DNA of 59,501 nt, the filler included. It is 4 parts of 4 records of this genome, joined end to end, with 100 filler letters (N's around TTAATTAATTAA, not from the genome) between each part and the next. Parts side by side here need not be neighbours in the genome. Positions count along the whole stretch, not along the records: positions 27,512 to 38,644 come from DRR723986_2328; 3 more parts are not named here. The stretch is one strand, 5' to 3'. The translations under genes were made by a program, and so were the position numbers. The notes beneath the pieces were generated by a model. It had not been told where the DNA came from and searched no databases. It saw only the letters and a list, made by a program, of their open reading frames with translations. Of the stretch, positions 28,119 to 38,744 are shown piece by piece (position 1 is the first letter of the stretch; each line of letters starts with the position of its first letter).

Positions 28119-29351
28119 TCAGGCGGCTGCCCGTTCGATCCGGCGCAGGCGGATCATCGTCACCTGCGCGCAGACGGCGAAGACCAGCGCTCCCGCCACC
28201 AGCGGCAGCGGAGTGCCGTCGAAGAGCAGCCCGACCGGCACCGCCAGAACCACCGCGAGCACCGTCGAGACCGCCCCGATGATCGACGCCGCCATGCCCG
28301 CGATATGGCCCATGGGCTCCATCGCGATGGCGTTCAGGTTCCCGATGGTCATGCCCATCTGGTAGAAGGCCAACAGCTGCCAGACGAAGAACACCACGAA
28401 AAGCTCCGGACCCGACACGCCGCCGGCAATCAGCAGGGTCGCCACACCGCTGGCCGCGATCTGCACCCAGAGCATGCCCATGACGAGGCTGCGCATCCCC
28501 AGCTTCATCACCAAACGCGCGTTGAGATAGCTGCTCGACGCGCCGATGATCGCGGTCAGACCGAACCACAGGGGAAAGCTGTCTCCCTTGTCGAAGGCGA
28601 CGTCGTAGATCGGCTGGATCGTCGAGATGGTGGCGATCAGCATCGAGAAGATGAAGGCCTGCACGAGGATCGACAGGCGCACCACCGGATGCGTCATCAT
28701 CTCGCGCACGGCGGCGCCCAGGGCCGCAAGGCGGAAGGGACGGCGGTTGGCCACGGGCAGGGTCTCGGGCAGGCGCAGGGTGAACCAGATCAGGCCGATC
28801 GCCGAGAACAGCGCGCAGGCATAGAAGACCGCGTGCCAGCCGCCGAAGCCGATCAGCACCGCGCCCAGCGAGGGGGCGAGCGCGGGCACCAGCGTGAAGA
28901 CCATCATGACGAAGGACATGATCTGCGCCATGGCCCGCCCCGAATAGAGGTCGCGGATGATCGCCAGCGCCACGACGCGCGGCGCGGCGGCGCCAAGCCC
29001 CATGACCAGACGCGAGGCCAGCAAGACCTCGAGCGTCTCTGCCTGCGTGGCGACCAGCGCCCCGACGATGTAGAGCGCCGCACCGCCCACCACCACGGGC
29101 TTGCGCCCGAAGGTGTCCGACAGCGGCCCGGTGAAGAAGGTGCCAAGCCCCATGCCGAGCATGAACATGGTCACGACCAGCTGCACGCGGTTCGGCGCCT
29201 CCGGGCTGAGCGTGGCGGTCAGTTCCGGCAGGGCGGGCAGCATGGCGTCGATGGAAAAGGCGATGGTGGCAAAAAGCATCGCGATGAGCGCGATCAATTC
29301 CACACGGCCCGGAAGGCCGTCGGGCGCGGCGGTATCTTGTACGGTGGACAT
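28119..29351 (-). CDS. Bcr/CflA family MFS efflux transporter
   Basis: SIDAMLPALP, GPLSDTFGRKPV, IIRDLYSG..MA. Confidence 0.92.
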   Translation of the reverse strand: MSTVQDTAAPDGLPGRVELIALIAMLFATIAFSIDAMLPALPELTATLSPEAPNRVQLVVTMFMLGMGLGTFFTGPLSDTFGRKPVVVGGAALYIVGALVATQAETLEVLLASRLVMGLGAAAPRVVALAIIRDLYSGRAMAQIMSFVMMVFTLVPALAPSLGAVLIGFGGWHAVFYACALFSAIGLIWFTLRLPETLPVANRRPFRLAALGAAVREMMTHPVVRLSILVQAFIFSMLIATISTIQPIYDVAFDKGDSFPLWFGLTAIIGASSSYLNARLVMKLGMRSLVMGMLWVQIAASGVATLLIAGGVSGPELFVVFFVWQLLAFYQMGMTIGNLNAIAMEPMGHIAGMAASIIGAVSTVLAVVLAVPVGLLFDGTPLPLVAGALVFAVCAQVTMIRLRRIERAAA

Positions 29352-29516
29352 GGAAACCTCGGGAGGAAGACGTGCCCCGGCACGGCGGGGGCGGTTGTCC
29401 CCGACCTAGCAAGGAGATGATCCCTTGACCAGAGCACAGCCCCCGTAGGCCGCCCAAACTTCTGTGCGCGAGTGCAGGGGGCGCCCGCCGTTTGGGCGCT
29501 CCCCCGGCGCGCTGCC

Positions 29517-30155
29517 CTATTTCGCCGGCGCCGCCTTCAGTTCCGCGATCACCTGAGCCCAAAGCTCCGGCGGTTGCGCGCCCGGCACGGCGTGCGTCTG
29601 GCCCACGACGAAGGTCGGGACGGCGTTCACGCCCATCCCGCGCGCGGCGGCATCGCGCTCCACGATCTCCTGCCGGTCCTGATCGGTCTTCAGCAGCCGC
29701 AGCACGAGGCTTGCGTCCAGTCCCGCGCCATCCGCCACATCCGCCAGCGTCTCGATGTCGCCGATGTCGCGACCGTCGACGAAATAGGCCCGGAACAGGG
29801 CCGAGACGATGGCGGTCTGCACGCCCTCGATCCCGGCCCAATGGATCAGCCGATGCGCGTCGATGGTGTTCGGGGTGGTCTTGACCCGGTCGAGGTTGAT
29901 CTCGAGCCCGGCCTTCTCGGCGTGCTGCTGGACGGGCAGATAGGCCCTCACCGCGCCCTCCTGACCGCCGAACTTGTCCTCGAGGTACTGGCGGCGGTCC
30001 ATGCCGCCCGCGGGCATCGCCGGGTTCAGCATGAACGGCAGCCAGCGGATCCGGAAGGGATGGTCCGGGTGATCCTGCAGCGCCCGGTCGAGATGGGCCT
30101 TGCCGATGTAGCACCATGGGCAGATCGGGTCGGAAAAGATGTCGAGCTGGGTCAT
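29517..30155 (-). CDS. DsbA/FrnE family oxidoreductase
   Basis: SDPICPWCYIG, PNT.DAHRL, GVNAVPTFV. Confidence 0.92.
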   Translation of the reverse strand: MTQLDIFSDPICPWCYIGKAHLDRALQDHPDHPFRIRWLPFMLNPAMPAGGMDRRQYLEDKFGGQEGAVRAYLPVQQHAEKAGLEINLDRVKTTPNTIDAHRLIHWAGIEGVQTAIVSALFRAYFVDGRDIGDIETLADVADGAGLDASLVLRLLKTDQDRQEIVERDAAARGMGVNAVPTFVVGQTHAVPGAQPPELWAQVIAELKAAPAK

Positions 30156-30209
30156 GCGGCACTCCTTTGAGGGGGTCTTACCAAGCGGGCGCGGGAAAGG
30201 CGACCGGCC

Positions 30210-31721
30210 TCATCCGGGCGCATGGTCGCGCAGGGCCTTGCGCACCACCTTGCCGTTGGCATTGCGTGGCAGCGCGTCGACGCGGATGAAGGCGCGCGGG
30301 CATTTGTAGCGCGCCAGCCGCTCGGCGGCGGCGGCAAGCAGCGCCGCGGGGTCGAGGTCTTCGGCGGCGGTGTAGAAGGCCGCGACGATCCGCACATCGG
30401 GTTTGACCGCCACATCGGTCACGGCGATCTCGGCGATGCCGGGCAGGTCGGCAAGCGCCGCCTCGACCTCGGCGGGCGAGACCCGGTAGCCGCCCGCGTT
30501 CATCATGTCGTCGGCGCGGCCAAGGTAGGTCACGCGGTCCTCGTCATCCATGCTACCGTGGTCGCCGGTCAGGAACCAGTCGCCGCGCATCCGCGCCGCT
30601 GTCGCCTCGGGCGCGCCGATGTAGCCCAGCATCAACCCCGGGTCGGTGCGCGCCACCGCGATCTCTCCGGGCGTGCCGCGCGGGACGGGCTGGCCCGCGT
30701 CGTCCAGAATGGCGACACGGCGTCCGCGCTGGGGCCGCCCGAGGTGCTCGGGCCCGGTGCTGCGACCCGGCGCGCCGGAGATGAAGGTCGAGCATTCGGA
30801 CATGCCGAAGGCCTCGTGGATCGCGGTTCCGGTGGCCTCGCGCCAGCGGTCGAGGATGTCGCGCGACAGCTTCTCTCCGGCGGCCAGCCCGTGCCGCAGC
30901 CGGGGCATGGGCGCCAGCGGCTGTTTCAGCATCTGCCGGTACACGCCCGGCGCGGCGGCAAGGATCGTGGCATCGTTGCGCTTCATCAGCAGACCCAGCT
31001 GCGCGGGATCGGTGCCGGCCGCCGGGATGAGCGCCGTGGCGCCGCGCGTCCACGGGTCCATCAAGCCGGTGCCCAACGTGAAGGTCCAGTTGAAGGCCCC
31101 CGCGTGCAGCAGTCGGTCGTCGGGCCGCAGGGCGTACCAATCCTCCATCATCATCTGCCGCGCCCAGATCGCGCGGTGGGCGTGGCCGACGGCGCGGGGG
31201 CTGCCCGAGGTGCCGGAGGTCAGGACGATATAGGCAAGCCTGTCGGCCACGCCGAGGTCGTAGTCCGCGGGCGGCAGATCGTGCCAGCCGCGGTAGGTCG
31301 GGGCGTCGAAGGTGGGCAGGCCGGTTTCCGGGCAGGGGACGGTTTCGGCACGAAGCACCGCCTTCGGCGTCAGATGCGCGACGATCCGGGTCACTTCGGG
31401 CACAGTCAGCTGCGACGAGGTCGGAATCGGCACGATGCCCGCGGCGATGGCGCCAAGGTAGGCGATGGGGAAATCGACGGTGTTTCCCAACCGCATCAGC
31501 AGGCGGTCGCCCGGTGCCAGACCGGCCTGCAGAAGACCCGTCGCGGTCCCGCGCACCGCGGCCTCCAGCCGGGCGTAGGACCAGCGTTGCGCCCCGGTCG
31601 GCTTCAGCACCGCAAGCGCGATCTTGTCGGGGGTGGCCTGACCCGCGGCAAGCACATGCCGCGCAAGGTTGAACGGAGCGGGGCAGGGCGCAAACGGCCC
31701 CGCGTCGAAGATCGAGAGCAT
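30210..31721 (-). CDS. AMP-binding acyl-CoA synthetase
   Basis: TSGTSGSPR, FGMSE, WFLTGD, GRADD, LPRNANGK. Confidence 0.92.
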   Translation of the reverse strand: MLSIFDAGPFAPCPAPFNLARHVLAAGQATPDKIALAVLKPTGAQRWSYARLEAAVRGTATGLLQAGLAPGDRLLMRLGNTVDFPIAYLGAIAAGIVPIPTSSQLTVPEVTRIVAHLTPKAVLRAETVPCPETGLPTFDAPTYRGWHDLPPADYDLGVADRLAYIVLTSGTSGSPRAVGHAHRAIWARQMMMEDWYALRPDDRLLHAGAFNWTFTLGTGLMDPWTRGATALIPAAGTDPAQLGLLMKRNDATILAAAPGVYRQMLKQPLAPMPRLRHGLAAGEKLSRDILDRWREATGTAIHEAFGMSECSTFISGAPGRSTGPEHLGRPQRGRRVAILDDAGQPVPRGTPGEIAVARTDPGLMLGYIGAPEATAARMRGDWFLTGDHGSMDDEDRVTYLGRADDMMNAGGYRVSPAEVEAALADLPGIAEIAVTDVAVKPDVRIVAAFYTAAEDLDPAALLAAAAERLARYKCPRAFIRVDALPRNANGKVVRKALRDHAPG

Positions 31722-31787
31722 GGCAGCCGATTAGGCCCCGGCGCGCGCTCTTGCAAGCCTTCCGGCGCCTCCCTATAGCAAAGCCTC

Positions 31788-32408
31788 ATGACGCAGGACC
31801 CCAAATCGCTGATCCGTATTGCCCGCGAGAACGGCGAGGATGCGGCGGCAGAACCGCTCGACCTCGGCAGCCGCGTGCGCGCCCTCCGCAAGGAGCGGAA
31901 CTGGACGCTGGAACAGGCGGCGAAGCAGGCCGGGCTGGCGCGCTCGACCCTCTCCAAGATCGAGAACGGGCAGATGTCGCCGACCTACGAGGCGCTGAAG
32001 AAGCTGGCGCTGGGGCTGGAGATCTCCGTCCCGCAGCTGTTCACCGCGCCGCGGCAGGACAAGGTGACGGGCCGCATGACGGTCACGCGCATGGGCGAGG
32101 GGCAGCATCAGGTCACCGCGACCTACGAACACGACCTGCTGGCCGAGACGCTGACCCGCAAGAAGATGCTGCCCTACCGGGCGCGTGTCCGGGCGCGCTC
32201 CATGGAGGAATTCGACGGCTGGGTCCGCCATGACGGCGAGGAATTCCTCTACGTGCTGACCGGGGTGATCCGGCTTTTCACCGAGTTCTACGAGCCGGTC
32301 GAGATGAAGCGCGGCGACAGCGCCTATTACGATGCGACCATGGGGCACAACGTGGTCTCGGTCTCTCCCGAGGATGCGACGATCCTCTGGGTGACCTCCT
32401 TGTCCTGA
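31788..32408 (+). CDS. XRE-family HTH + cupin regulator
   Basis: WTLEQAA..AGLARSTLSKIENGQMSPT; HDGEEFLYVL..GDSAYYDA..GH. Confidence 0.92.
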   Translation: MTQDPKSLIRIARENGEDAAAEPLDLGSRVRALRKERNWTLEQAAKQAGLARSTLSKIENGQMSPTYEALKKLALGLEISVPQLFTAPRQDKVTGRMTVTRMGEGQHQVTATYEHDLLAETLTRKKMLPYRARVRARSMEEFDGWVRHDGEEFLYVLTGVIRLFTEFYEPVEMKRGDSAYYDATMGHNVVSVSPEDATILWVTSLS

Positions 32409-32698
32409 AACGCCCGGTTTCATGCCGAAAATGCCCCGGATGGACCGCGAGCGCGGGGCTTCGCAGACGCCGCGCACGCCGAGTGTTCCGAAAACGCCCT
32501 GTATCGTGCGGAAATGACCGCTGCGGCGACGCCGCTCCCGTTCCGGAAAACGCCCGATCCAACGGGGCGACCGAGTGCGGCAGGCGGTGATGCAGGGCGC
32601 ACGGGCGCGACCGGTGCGCCGTGCCCCCGCGACCCACCACAGGGCCTTCGGATCGGAACAGGTTGACCCCGGCGCGCAGTCGCGCCATTTCCCCTGCC

Positions 32699-35600
32699 AT
32701 GTCCGCACAGAAAATCACGATCGGGGGCGCTCCCGAAGGCTTCGACGCGCAGCTTGTCCTGCGCGAGGTCGACCGGGCCAAAGGCCCCGTCCTGCACATC
32801 GCCCGCGATGACAAGCGCCTTGCGGCCCTGCGCGACGCGCTGGCCTTCTTCGCCCCCGAGATGCCGGTCGTCGTCTTCCCGGCATGGGACTGTCTGCCCT
32901 ATGACCGGGTCTCGCCCAATGCGGACATCTCGGCCGCCCGCATGGCCACCCTCGCCGGGCTGGTCCACGGGATGCCGCCGCGTTACGTCCTGCTGACGAC
33001 GCTGTCGGCGGCCATGCAACGCGTGCCCGCCCGCGAGATCCTGCGCGAGGCAGCCTTCGCCGCCCGCGTCGGCGACCGGGTGGATGAAGACGCCTTGCGC
33101 ATGTTCCTGGTCCGCATGGGCTTTTCGCAGGCGCCCACGGTGACGGAACCGGGCGATTACGCCATCCGCGGCGGCATCGTCGACATCTTCCCGCCCGGCG
33201 ATCTGGGCCCCGTGCGGCTCGATCTGTTCGGAGACGTTCTGGACGGGGCGCGGCGCTTCGATCCGGTCTCGCAGCGCACGACCGAGACGCTGGAGGTGAT
33301 CGAACTCGCCCCGGTGTCCGAAGTGATCCTCGACGACGCCGCGATCACGCGGTTCCGGCAGAACTACCGCATCGAATTCGGCGCCGCCGGCACGGACGAC
33401 CCGCTGTACGAGGCGGTCAGCGCCGGGCGCAAACACGCCGGCATCGAACATTGGCTGCCGTTCTTTCACGATCGGCTCGAAACGCTCTTCGACTATCTGC
33501 CCGGCGTACCGGTGCTGATGGACGACCAGACCTCTGCCATCCGCCTGTCGCGGTGGGAGGGGGTCGTCGACCAATACGGCACGCGCAAACACGCGCTGAG
33601 CCAGAAGAAGGCCCTTGGATCAACGGTTTACAAGCCGATCCCGCCAGAGCTTCTGTATCTGGACGACGCCGCATGGGACGCGGCGCTTGGCGACCGCCGG
33701 CAGGTTGCCTTCAACCCGCTGCCGCAGGCTTCCGGCCCCGGGGTCACGGATGCCGGGGGCCGCATCGGGCGCAGTTTCGCGCCCGAGCGTCAGCAGGAAA
33801 ACCTCAGCCTTTTCTCGGCTTTGGCGGGTCATGTTAAAGCGAAGTCTCAAGAAGGACCCGTCGTCATCGCCTCCTATTCCGAGGGCGCGCGGGAACGTCT
33901 GACCGGGTTGATCGAGGACGAGGGGCTGGCCGGGGTGATCCCCATTCCGCACGGTGGGCGGATCGGCCGGCATGGCGTGCATCTTGCGGTCTGGGCGCTG
34001 GAGGCCGGGTTCGAGGCGCCTTGGGACGATGACCGGCGCATCACCGTGATTTCCGAGCAGGACGTGCTGGGCGACCGGCTGATCCGCCAGCCCAAGAAGC
34101 GCCGCCGCGCCGAGAATTTCCTGACCGAAACGCAAAGCCTGACGCCGGGCGATCTGGTGGTCCACGTCGACCACGGGATCGGGCGCTACATGGGGCTGGA
34201 GGTGGTCACGGCCGCCGGTGCGGCGCACGAATGCATCCTGCTGGAATATGCCGAAGCGTCAAAGCTTTACCTGCCGGTCGAGAACATCGAACTGCTGTCG
34301 AAATACGGCCATGAAGAGGGGCTTCTCGACAAGCTCGGCGGGGGGGCGTGGCAGGCCAAGAAGGCGAAGCTCAAAGAGCGCATCCGCGAGATGGCGGACC
34401 GGCTCATCCGCATCGCCGCCGAACGCGCGCTGCGCAAGGCGCCGATCATGGACCCGCCGCCGGGCAGCTACGAAAGCTTTGCCGCCCGCTTCCCCTACAG
34501 CGAGACCGACGACCAGCTTTCGGCCATCGACGACGTCATGACCGACATGCACTCGGGCCAGCCGATGGACCGGCTGATCTGTGGCGACGTGGGGTTCGGC
34601 AAGACAGAGGTCGCCATGCGCGCGGCCTTCGTCGCGGCCATGTCCGGCGTTCAGGTGGCGGTGATCGCCCCGACCACGCTGCTTGCCCGGCAGCACTACA
34701 GGTCGTTTGCGGACCGATTCCGGGGATTTCCGCTACAGGTGGCGCCGCTGTCGCGCTTCGTCGGCACGAAACAGGCCGCGGCGACGCGCGAGGGCATCGC
34801 CAAGGGAACCGTCGATATCGCCGTCGGCACCCATGCTCTGCTGGCGAAGTCGATCCGCTTTCAGAACCTCGGCCTGCTCATCATCGACGAGGAACAGCAC
34901 TTCGGCGTGCAGCACAAGGAACGGTTGAAACAGCTGCGCTCGGACATTCACGTCCTGACCCTGACCGCGACGCCCATCCCGCGCACGCTGCAACTGTCGC
35001 TGACCGGCGTGCGCGACCTGTCGATCATCGGCACGCCGCCCGTCGACCGGCTTGCGATCCGCACCTATGTCAGCGAGTTCGACGCCGTCACCCTGCGCGA
35101 GGCGCTGCTGCGCGAGCACTACCGGGGCGGGCAAAGCTTTTTCGTGGTGCCGCGCCTTTCGGACCTGCCCGAGATCGAGGCCTTCCTGCGCGATCAGGTG
35201 CCAGAGGTTAGCTTTGTCGTGGCCCATGGCCAGATGGCCGCCGGAGAGCTGGACGAGCGGATGAACGCCTTCTACGACGGCAAATATGACGTGCTTCTGG
35301 CCACGACCATCGTGGAATCCGGCCTCGACATTCCGACCGCGAACACGATGATCATCCACCGCGCGGACATGTTCGGGCTCAGCCAGCTCTACCAGATCCG
35401 GGGCCGCGTGGGGCGCTCCAAGACCCGCGCCTATTGCTACCTGACGACCAAGCCGCGCCAGAAACTGACCCCTCAGGCGGAAAAGCGGCTGCGCGTGCTG
35501 GGGGCCATCGACACGCTGGGCGCGGGCTTTGCGCTGGCCTCGCAGGACCTCGACATTCGCGGCGCCGGCAACCTTCTGGGCGAGGAACAGTCCGGCCAGA

Positions 35601-36169
35601 TGCGCGACGTGGGCTACGAGTTGTACCAGTCCATGCTGGAAGAGGCGATCGCCAAGATCCGGTCGGGCCAGATTGATGGCCTGACCGAGGACGACGGCCA
35701 ATGGGCGCCGCAGATCAACCTTGGCGTGCCGGTGCTGATCCCCGAGGACTATGTGCCCGACCTCGACGTGCGGCTGGGCCTCTACCGGCGCCTGTCGAGC
35801 CTGACCACCAAGGTCGAGCTGGAGGGTTTTGCCGCCGAGCTGATCGACCGCTTCGGGAAATTGCCGCGCGAGGTCAATACCCTGCTGCTCGTCGTTCGCA
35901 TCAAGGCGATGTGCAAGAAAGCGGGCATTGCCAAGCTGGACGGCGGGCCGAAGGGGGCGACGATCCAGTTCCACCAGAATCGCTTCGCCTCTCCCGAGGG
36001 GCTGGTGGAATTCATCAAGGCACAGGACGGGCTGGCGAAGATCAAGGACAACAAGATCGTGGTGCGGCGCGACTGGGCGCGCGAGAAGGACAAGATTCAG
36101 GGCGCCTTCGCAATCGCGCGCGATCTGGCGGAACAGGCTGGTGCGGTGAAGCGGAAGGCGAAGGCCTGA
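32699..36169 (+). CDS. mfd: Transcription-repair coupling factor
   Basis: PYDRVSP, GDLVVHVDHGIG, GDVGFGKTE, DEEQHFG, QIRGRVGRS, TRCF domain. Confidence 0.98.
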   Translation: MSAQKITIGGAPEGFDAQLVLREVDRAKGPVLHIARDDKRLAALRDALAFFAPEMPVVVFPAWDCLPYDRVSPNADISAARMATLAGLVHGMPPRYVLLTTLSAAMQRVPAREILREAAFAARVGDRVDEDALRMFLVRMGFSQAPTVTEPGDYAIRGGIVDIFPPGDLGPVRLDLFGDVLDGARRFDPVSQRTTETLEVIELAPVSEVILDDAAITRFRQNYRIEFGAAGTDDPLYEAVSAGRKHAGIEHWLPFFHDRLETLFDYLPGVPVLMDDQTSAIRLSRWEGVVDQYGTRKHALSQKKALGSTVYKPIPPELLYLDDAAWDAALGDRRQVAFNPLPQASGPGVTDAGGRIGRSFAPERQQENLSLFSALAGHVKAKSQEGPVVIASYSEGARERLTGLIEDEGLAGVIPIPHGGRIGRHGVHLAVWALEAGFEAPWDDDRRITVISEQDVLGDRLIRQPKKRRRAENFLTETQSLTPGDLVVHVDHGIGRYMGLEVVTAAGAAHECILLEYAEASKLYLPVENIELLSKYGHEEGLLDKLGGGAWQAKKAKLKERIREMADRLIRIAAERALRKAPIMDPPPGSYESFAARFPYSETDDQLSAIDDVMTDMHSGQPMDRLICGDVGFGKTEVAMRAAFVAAMSGVQVAVIAPTTLLARQHYRSFADRFRGFPLQVAPLSRFVGTKQAAATREGIAKGTVDIAVGTHALLAKSIRFQNLGLLIIDEEQHFGVQHKERLKQLRSDIHVLTLTATPIPRTLQLSLTGVRDLSIIGTPPVDRLAIRTYVSEFDAVTLREALLREHYRGGQSFFVVPRLSDLPEIEAFLRDQVPEVSFVVAHGQMAAGELDERMNAFYDGKYDVLLATTIVESGLDIPTANTMIIHRADMFGLSQLYQIRGRVGRSKTRAYCYLTTKPRQKLTPQAEKRLRVLGAIDTLGAGFALASQDLDIRGAGNLLGEEQSGQMRDVGYELYQSMLEEAIAKIRSGQIDGLTEDDGQWAPQINLGVPVLIPEDYVPDLDVRLGLYRRLSSLTTKVELEGFAAELIDRFGKLPREVNTLLLVVRIKAMCKKAGIAKLDGGPKGATIQFHQNRFASPEGLVEFIKAQDGLAKIKDNKIVVRRDWAREKDKIQGAFAIARDLAEQAGAVKRKAKA

Positions 36170-36190
36170 GCGGTTCGTGTTCGTGGAATT

Positions 36191-37225
36191 CTATTCGCAG
36201 CGTTCGGGGATCTCGAGGCAACGGCAGGCAGCGTGCATTTCACGGGATACCTCTTCACCAAGCGTCTCGACAGCGCGATCGGCTTCGAGTTCACATTGTT
36301 TCAAGGTGAAGGTTTCCGAGGGTATGAACCGCGGAGTAAGGTCACAGACCGATTGTACGACTGAGGCTTCCATGGGGGCCAGACCTGCCAATTCTCTCAG
36401 CTGTCCAAGTTCTCGCCCCGTTTCGCAAGCGTCCTTGATTTCCAGCACAGTAACGCCGAAAATCGTTGCCACTCCTATTCCGGGTACAGACTCAAAAGCC
36501 ATCGAGGCAACGTTGCGTTGTGCGGAAACTAAGGTTCTGTCGAGAATGCGCTTGGACAATCGGTCGATCTCGGAGATGCTCTTCACCTCGAGGACCCGAC
36601 TTGATTCTGCTTTTGAAAGCAATTTTTCCAGACTTGAATTTTGTTGCGATACCTCCTCGATTCTTTTCTTATCGGCGACGGACGTCGTGGTCAGATTTTC
36701 GAGTTTGACCAATGCATCGTTCTTCTCTCGGAGAACAGACCTGTAGCGCAACTCTGATCGTGCATTCTCTTTGGCCAATCGCTTTGCTTCGCGAGAATTG
36801 GATATCGCGTCCTCCCTCGCTTGAGTGAGAAGCTTCTGCACCGCGGACAGACGGGCCGTTGTAGCCGAATTTTCGGCCGCGAGTGCCATGTTCTTGTTGC
36901 GCAAGAGGGACGCGTCCTCCGCCAGTTCCTCCGCCGCTTGTTCTGCCTTGGCGGAGCGGCGTTTCTCACTGTTAAGTGAGTTTTCGATTTCGGCGCGCTT
37001 TCCCTTTTCTGCAGACAATTCGCTTTTGACTTCCGCTAACTCCGAAGCCAGAGAAACTGCCTTGGCAACGCCGATGGTGTCAAGAAATGCCAGTGCAGCG
37101 TTCGCAATCAGTGGAACCGTAAGAACCGCGATCTGCAGAGCAATCAGGCCCACAAAGAGAAGTCTGAGAAACCACTTCGATAAGTGCTCAATTGAAAACG
37201 CTAATGAATTGATCGGTCGTTTCAT
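36191..37225 (-). CDS. Hypothetical TM + coiled-coil protein; homologue of 55625-56431
   Basis: N-terminal hydrophobic helix, heptad region, conserved KRI..RT...A.RN..S...ES.P..G.A....VT.....D.C.T; ATGA-coupled to the ankyrin gene. Confidence 0.85.
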   Translation of the reverse strand: MKRPINSLAFSIEHLSKWFLRLLFVGLIALQIAVLTVPLIANAALAFLDTIGVAKAVSLASELAEVKSELSAEKGKRAEIENSLNSEKRRSAKAEQAAEELAEDASLLRNKNMALAAENSATTARLSAVQKLLTQAREDAISNSREAKRLAKENARSELRYRSVLREKNDALVKLENLTTTSVADKKRIEEVSQQNSSLEKLLSKAESSRVLEVKSISEIDRLSKRILDRTLVSAQRNVASMAFESVPGIGVATIFGVTVLEIKDACETGRELGQLRELAGLAPMEASVVQSVCDLTPRFIPSETFTLKQCELEADRAVETLGEEVSREMHAACRCLEIPERCE

Positions 37226-38160
37226 TCCTCGATCCCGCATTCATCTCTAAGATCCCAAAAGAATTGAGGTTTCTCCTTTCCTTCCAACTTTCCTTTCAAC
37301 GCACGATACAGGGAATGCCCCACATCGGTCGACGCGCAACGTTCGTCCTTGTCGGCATTATCGTAAAGAAACTCGATCAAATCCATGTCGGAAGAGAAAT
37401 AGGCAAGGTACATCAATGCTGACCTGCTCTCGCGACCCTCTTTTTCGGAAAGCGAGGCTCCGTTCTCTACCAGAACCCGGGCAATTGCGCTTGCCTGCTT
37501 TGGATCAGGGTTTGTGCCGGACAAGTGAAGCGGTGTGTAATCTTCGTAATCCTGGGGGTCTATGGAGGCGCCATTTTTCAAAAGAAACTCTACGACGTCG
37601 GCATTCGAACTCTTGGCTGCCAGATGGAGAGGTGTCCGCTCGTTTAGGTTCAAAGGCTCCAATGATGCCCCTGCAGCAGCCAAGGTTATTACGATTGGCA
37701 ATCCATCGATCCGTTCGGCTGCAAGATGCATCGCAGCAGTTCCGCAAGTGTAAAGCAGATCCCTCAGCGTGTGGTGACAGCTCCCGCTCGCAACCCTTGC
37801 GTCATCCAAATCTTGTTCGCGGTCAATGAGCTCTTGAAGGACCGATACATTCGTTCCTTCGCTCGCCGCAACATGCAGGGCGGTATAGCCATCCAACCGC
37901 CGTGCATCCAAAGAAACACCGCGCATAAGAAGAAGAGGGACGACCCCGGGTTCTTTAGCCCAACGTGCCGCGCGATGAAGCAGGGTTTCGCCGTTGACGG
38001 GATCTCTGAACGATGCTTCTTCCGAACTGCCAAGGCATTGGCCCAATTCAGGAAGGGTAGCTGTTCGGAAAAACTCTGCGTCGGGTGGAACTGGACAAGA
38101 AGCGGCCAAAGCCAGCGGTGTGCAAACGAGAATGGATGAAAAGAATAGAATCTTTCGCAT
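37222..38160 (-). CDS. Exported ankyrin-repeat protein
   Basis: Signal-peptide-like MRKILFFSSILVCTPLALA; repeats GETLLHRAA, GYTALHVAA, GTAAMHLAA, RTPLHLAA, YTPLHLS. Confidence 0.88.
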   Translation of the reverse strand: MRKILFFSSILVCTPLALAASCPVPPDAEFFRTATLPELGQCLGSSEEASFRDPVNGETLLHRAARWAKEPGVVPLLLMRGVSLDARRLDGYTALHVAASEGTNVSVLQELIDREQDLDDARVASGSCHHTLRDLLYTCGTAAMHLAAERIDGLPIVITLAAAGASLEPLNLNERTPLHLAAKSSNADVVEFLLKNGASIDPQDYEDYTPLHLSGTNPDPKQASAIARVLVENGASLSEKEGRESRSALMYLAYFSSDMDLIEFLYDNADKDERCASTDVGHSLYRALKGKLEGKEKPQFFWDLRDECGIEE

Positions 38161-38287
38161 AAAGAACGACGCTCCGTATTGAACGGAGCTTCGCTTATCC
38201 CACTGCTTCGGGCAAGAGATTTGTCCGTGTGCCTCCCGCAGCACATGGACCCTCGAACCTCGAATTGCGCTGGGTCCGATATGGTTT

Positions 38288-38644
38288 TCAGCCCCGCCGA
38301 CGGCGTCCGCCGCGGCGACCGCCCGAACCGGACTCTCCGGCGGGCTTGTTGAAGGCGATCCAGTTGCCGCCGCCGGCGTCCTGGTTCATCAGGAAGTTCG
38401 CGGCGCGGATCGCCTCCATCTCCTTGCCCGGGCGCGGCGCGGTAGAGCCCATGCCGAAAAGCGTCACGAAGGTCTCGTCGTCCATGTCCGGCGGCAGCAG
38501 GATGCCCGCCGCCTCGACCGCCGCGCGCTTTTCGGCGATGGCCTTGGGACCGACGGGCAGGGCCACCGGGTTCATGATCGCGCTCGTCATGCCCGCGCCC
38601 ATGGCCATGGGCAGGAAGGCGTTGTTGATGCCGTGGCGGTTGGG
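38288..38644 (-). CDS. Methyltetrahydrofolate:cobalamin methyltransferase (pterin-binding, split MetH), C-terminal fragment
   Basis: PNRHGINNAFLPMAMGAGMTSAIMNPV...AANFLMNQD. Confidence 0.8.
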   Translation of the reverse strand, partial: PNRHGINNAFLPMAMGAGMTSAIMNPVALPVGPKAIAEKRAAVEAAGILLPPDMDDETFVTLFGMGSTAPRPGKEMEAIRAANFLMNQDAGGGNWIAFNKPAGESGSGGRRGGRRRRG

Positions 38645-38744
38645 NNNNNNNNNNNNNNNNNNNNNNNNNNNNNNNNNNNNNNNNNNNNTTAATTAATTAA
38701 NNNNNNNNNNNNNNNNNNNNNNNNNNNNNNNNNNNNNNNNNNNN
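38645..38744. other. Artificial contig linker
   Basis: N44-TTAATTAATTAA-N44. Confidence 0.98.

Noticed and set aside
27993-30170. Long overlapping ORFs 28021-30162(-), 27993-29420(+) and 29472-30170(+)
   Set aside because: Arg/Gly/Pro-rich shadow frames over clear MFS and DsbA genes in high-GC DNA
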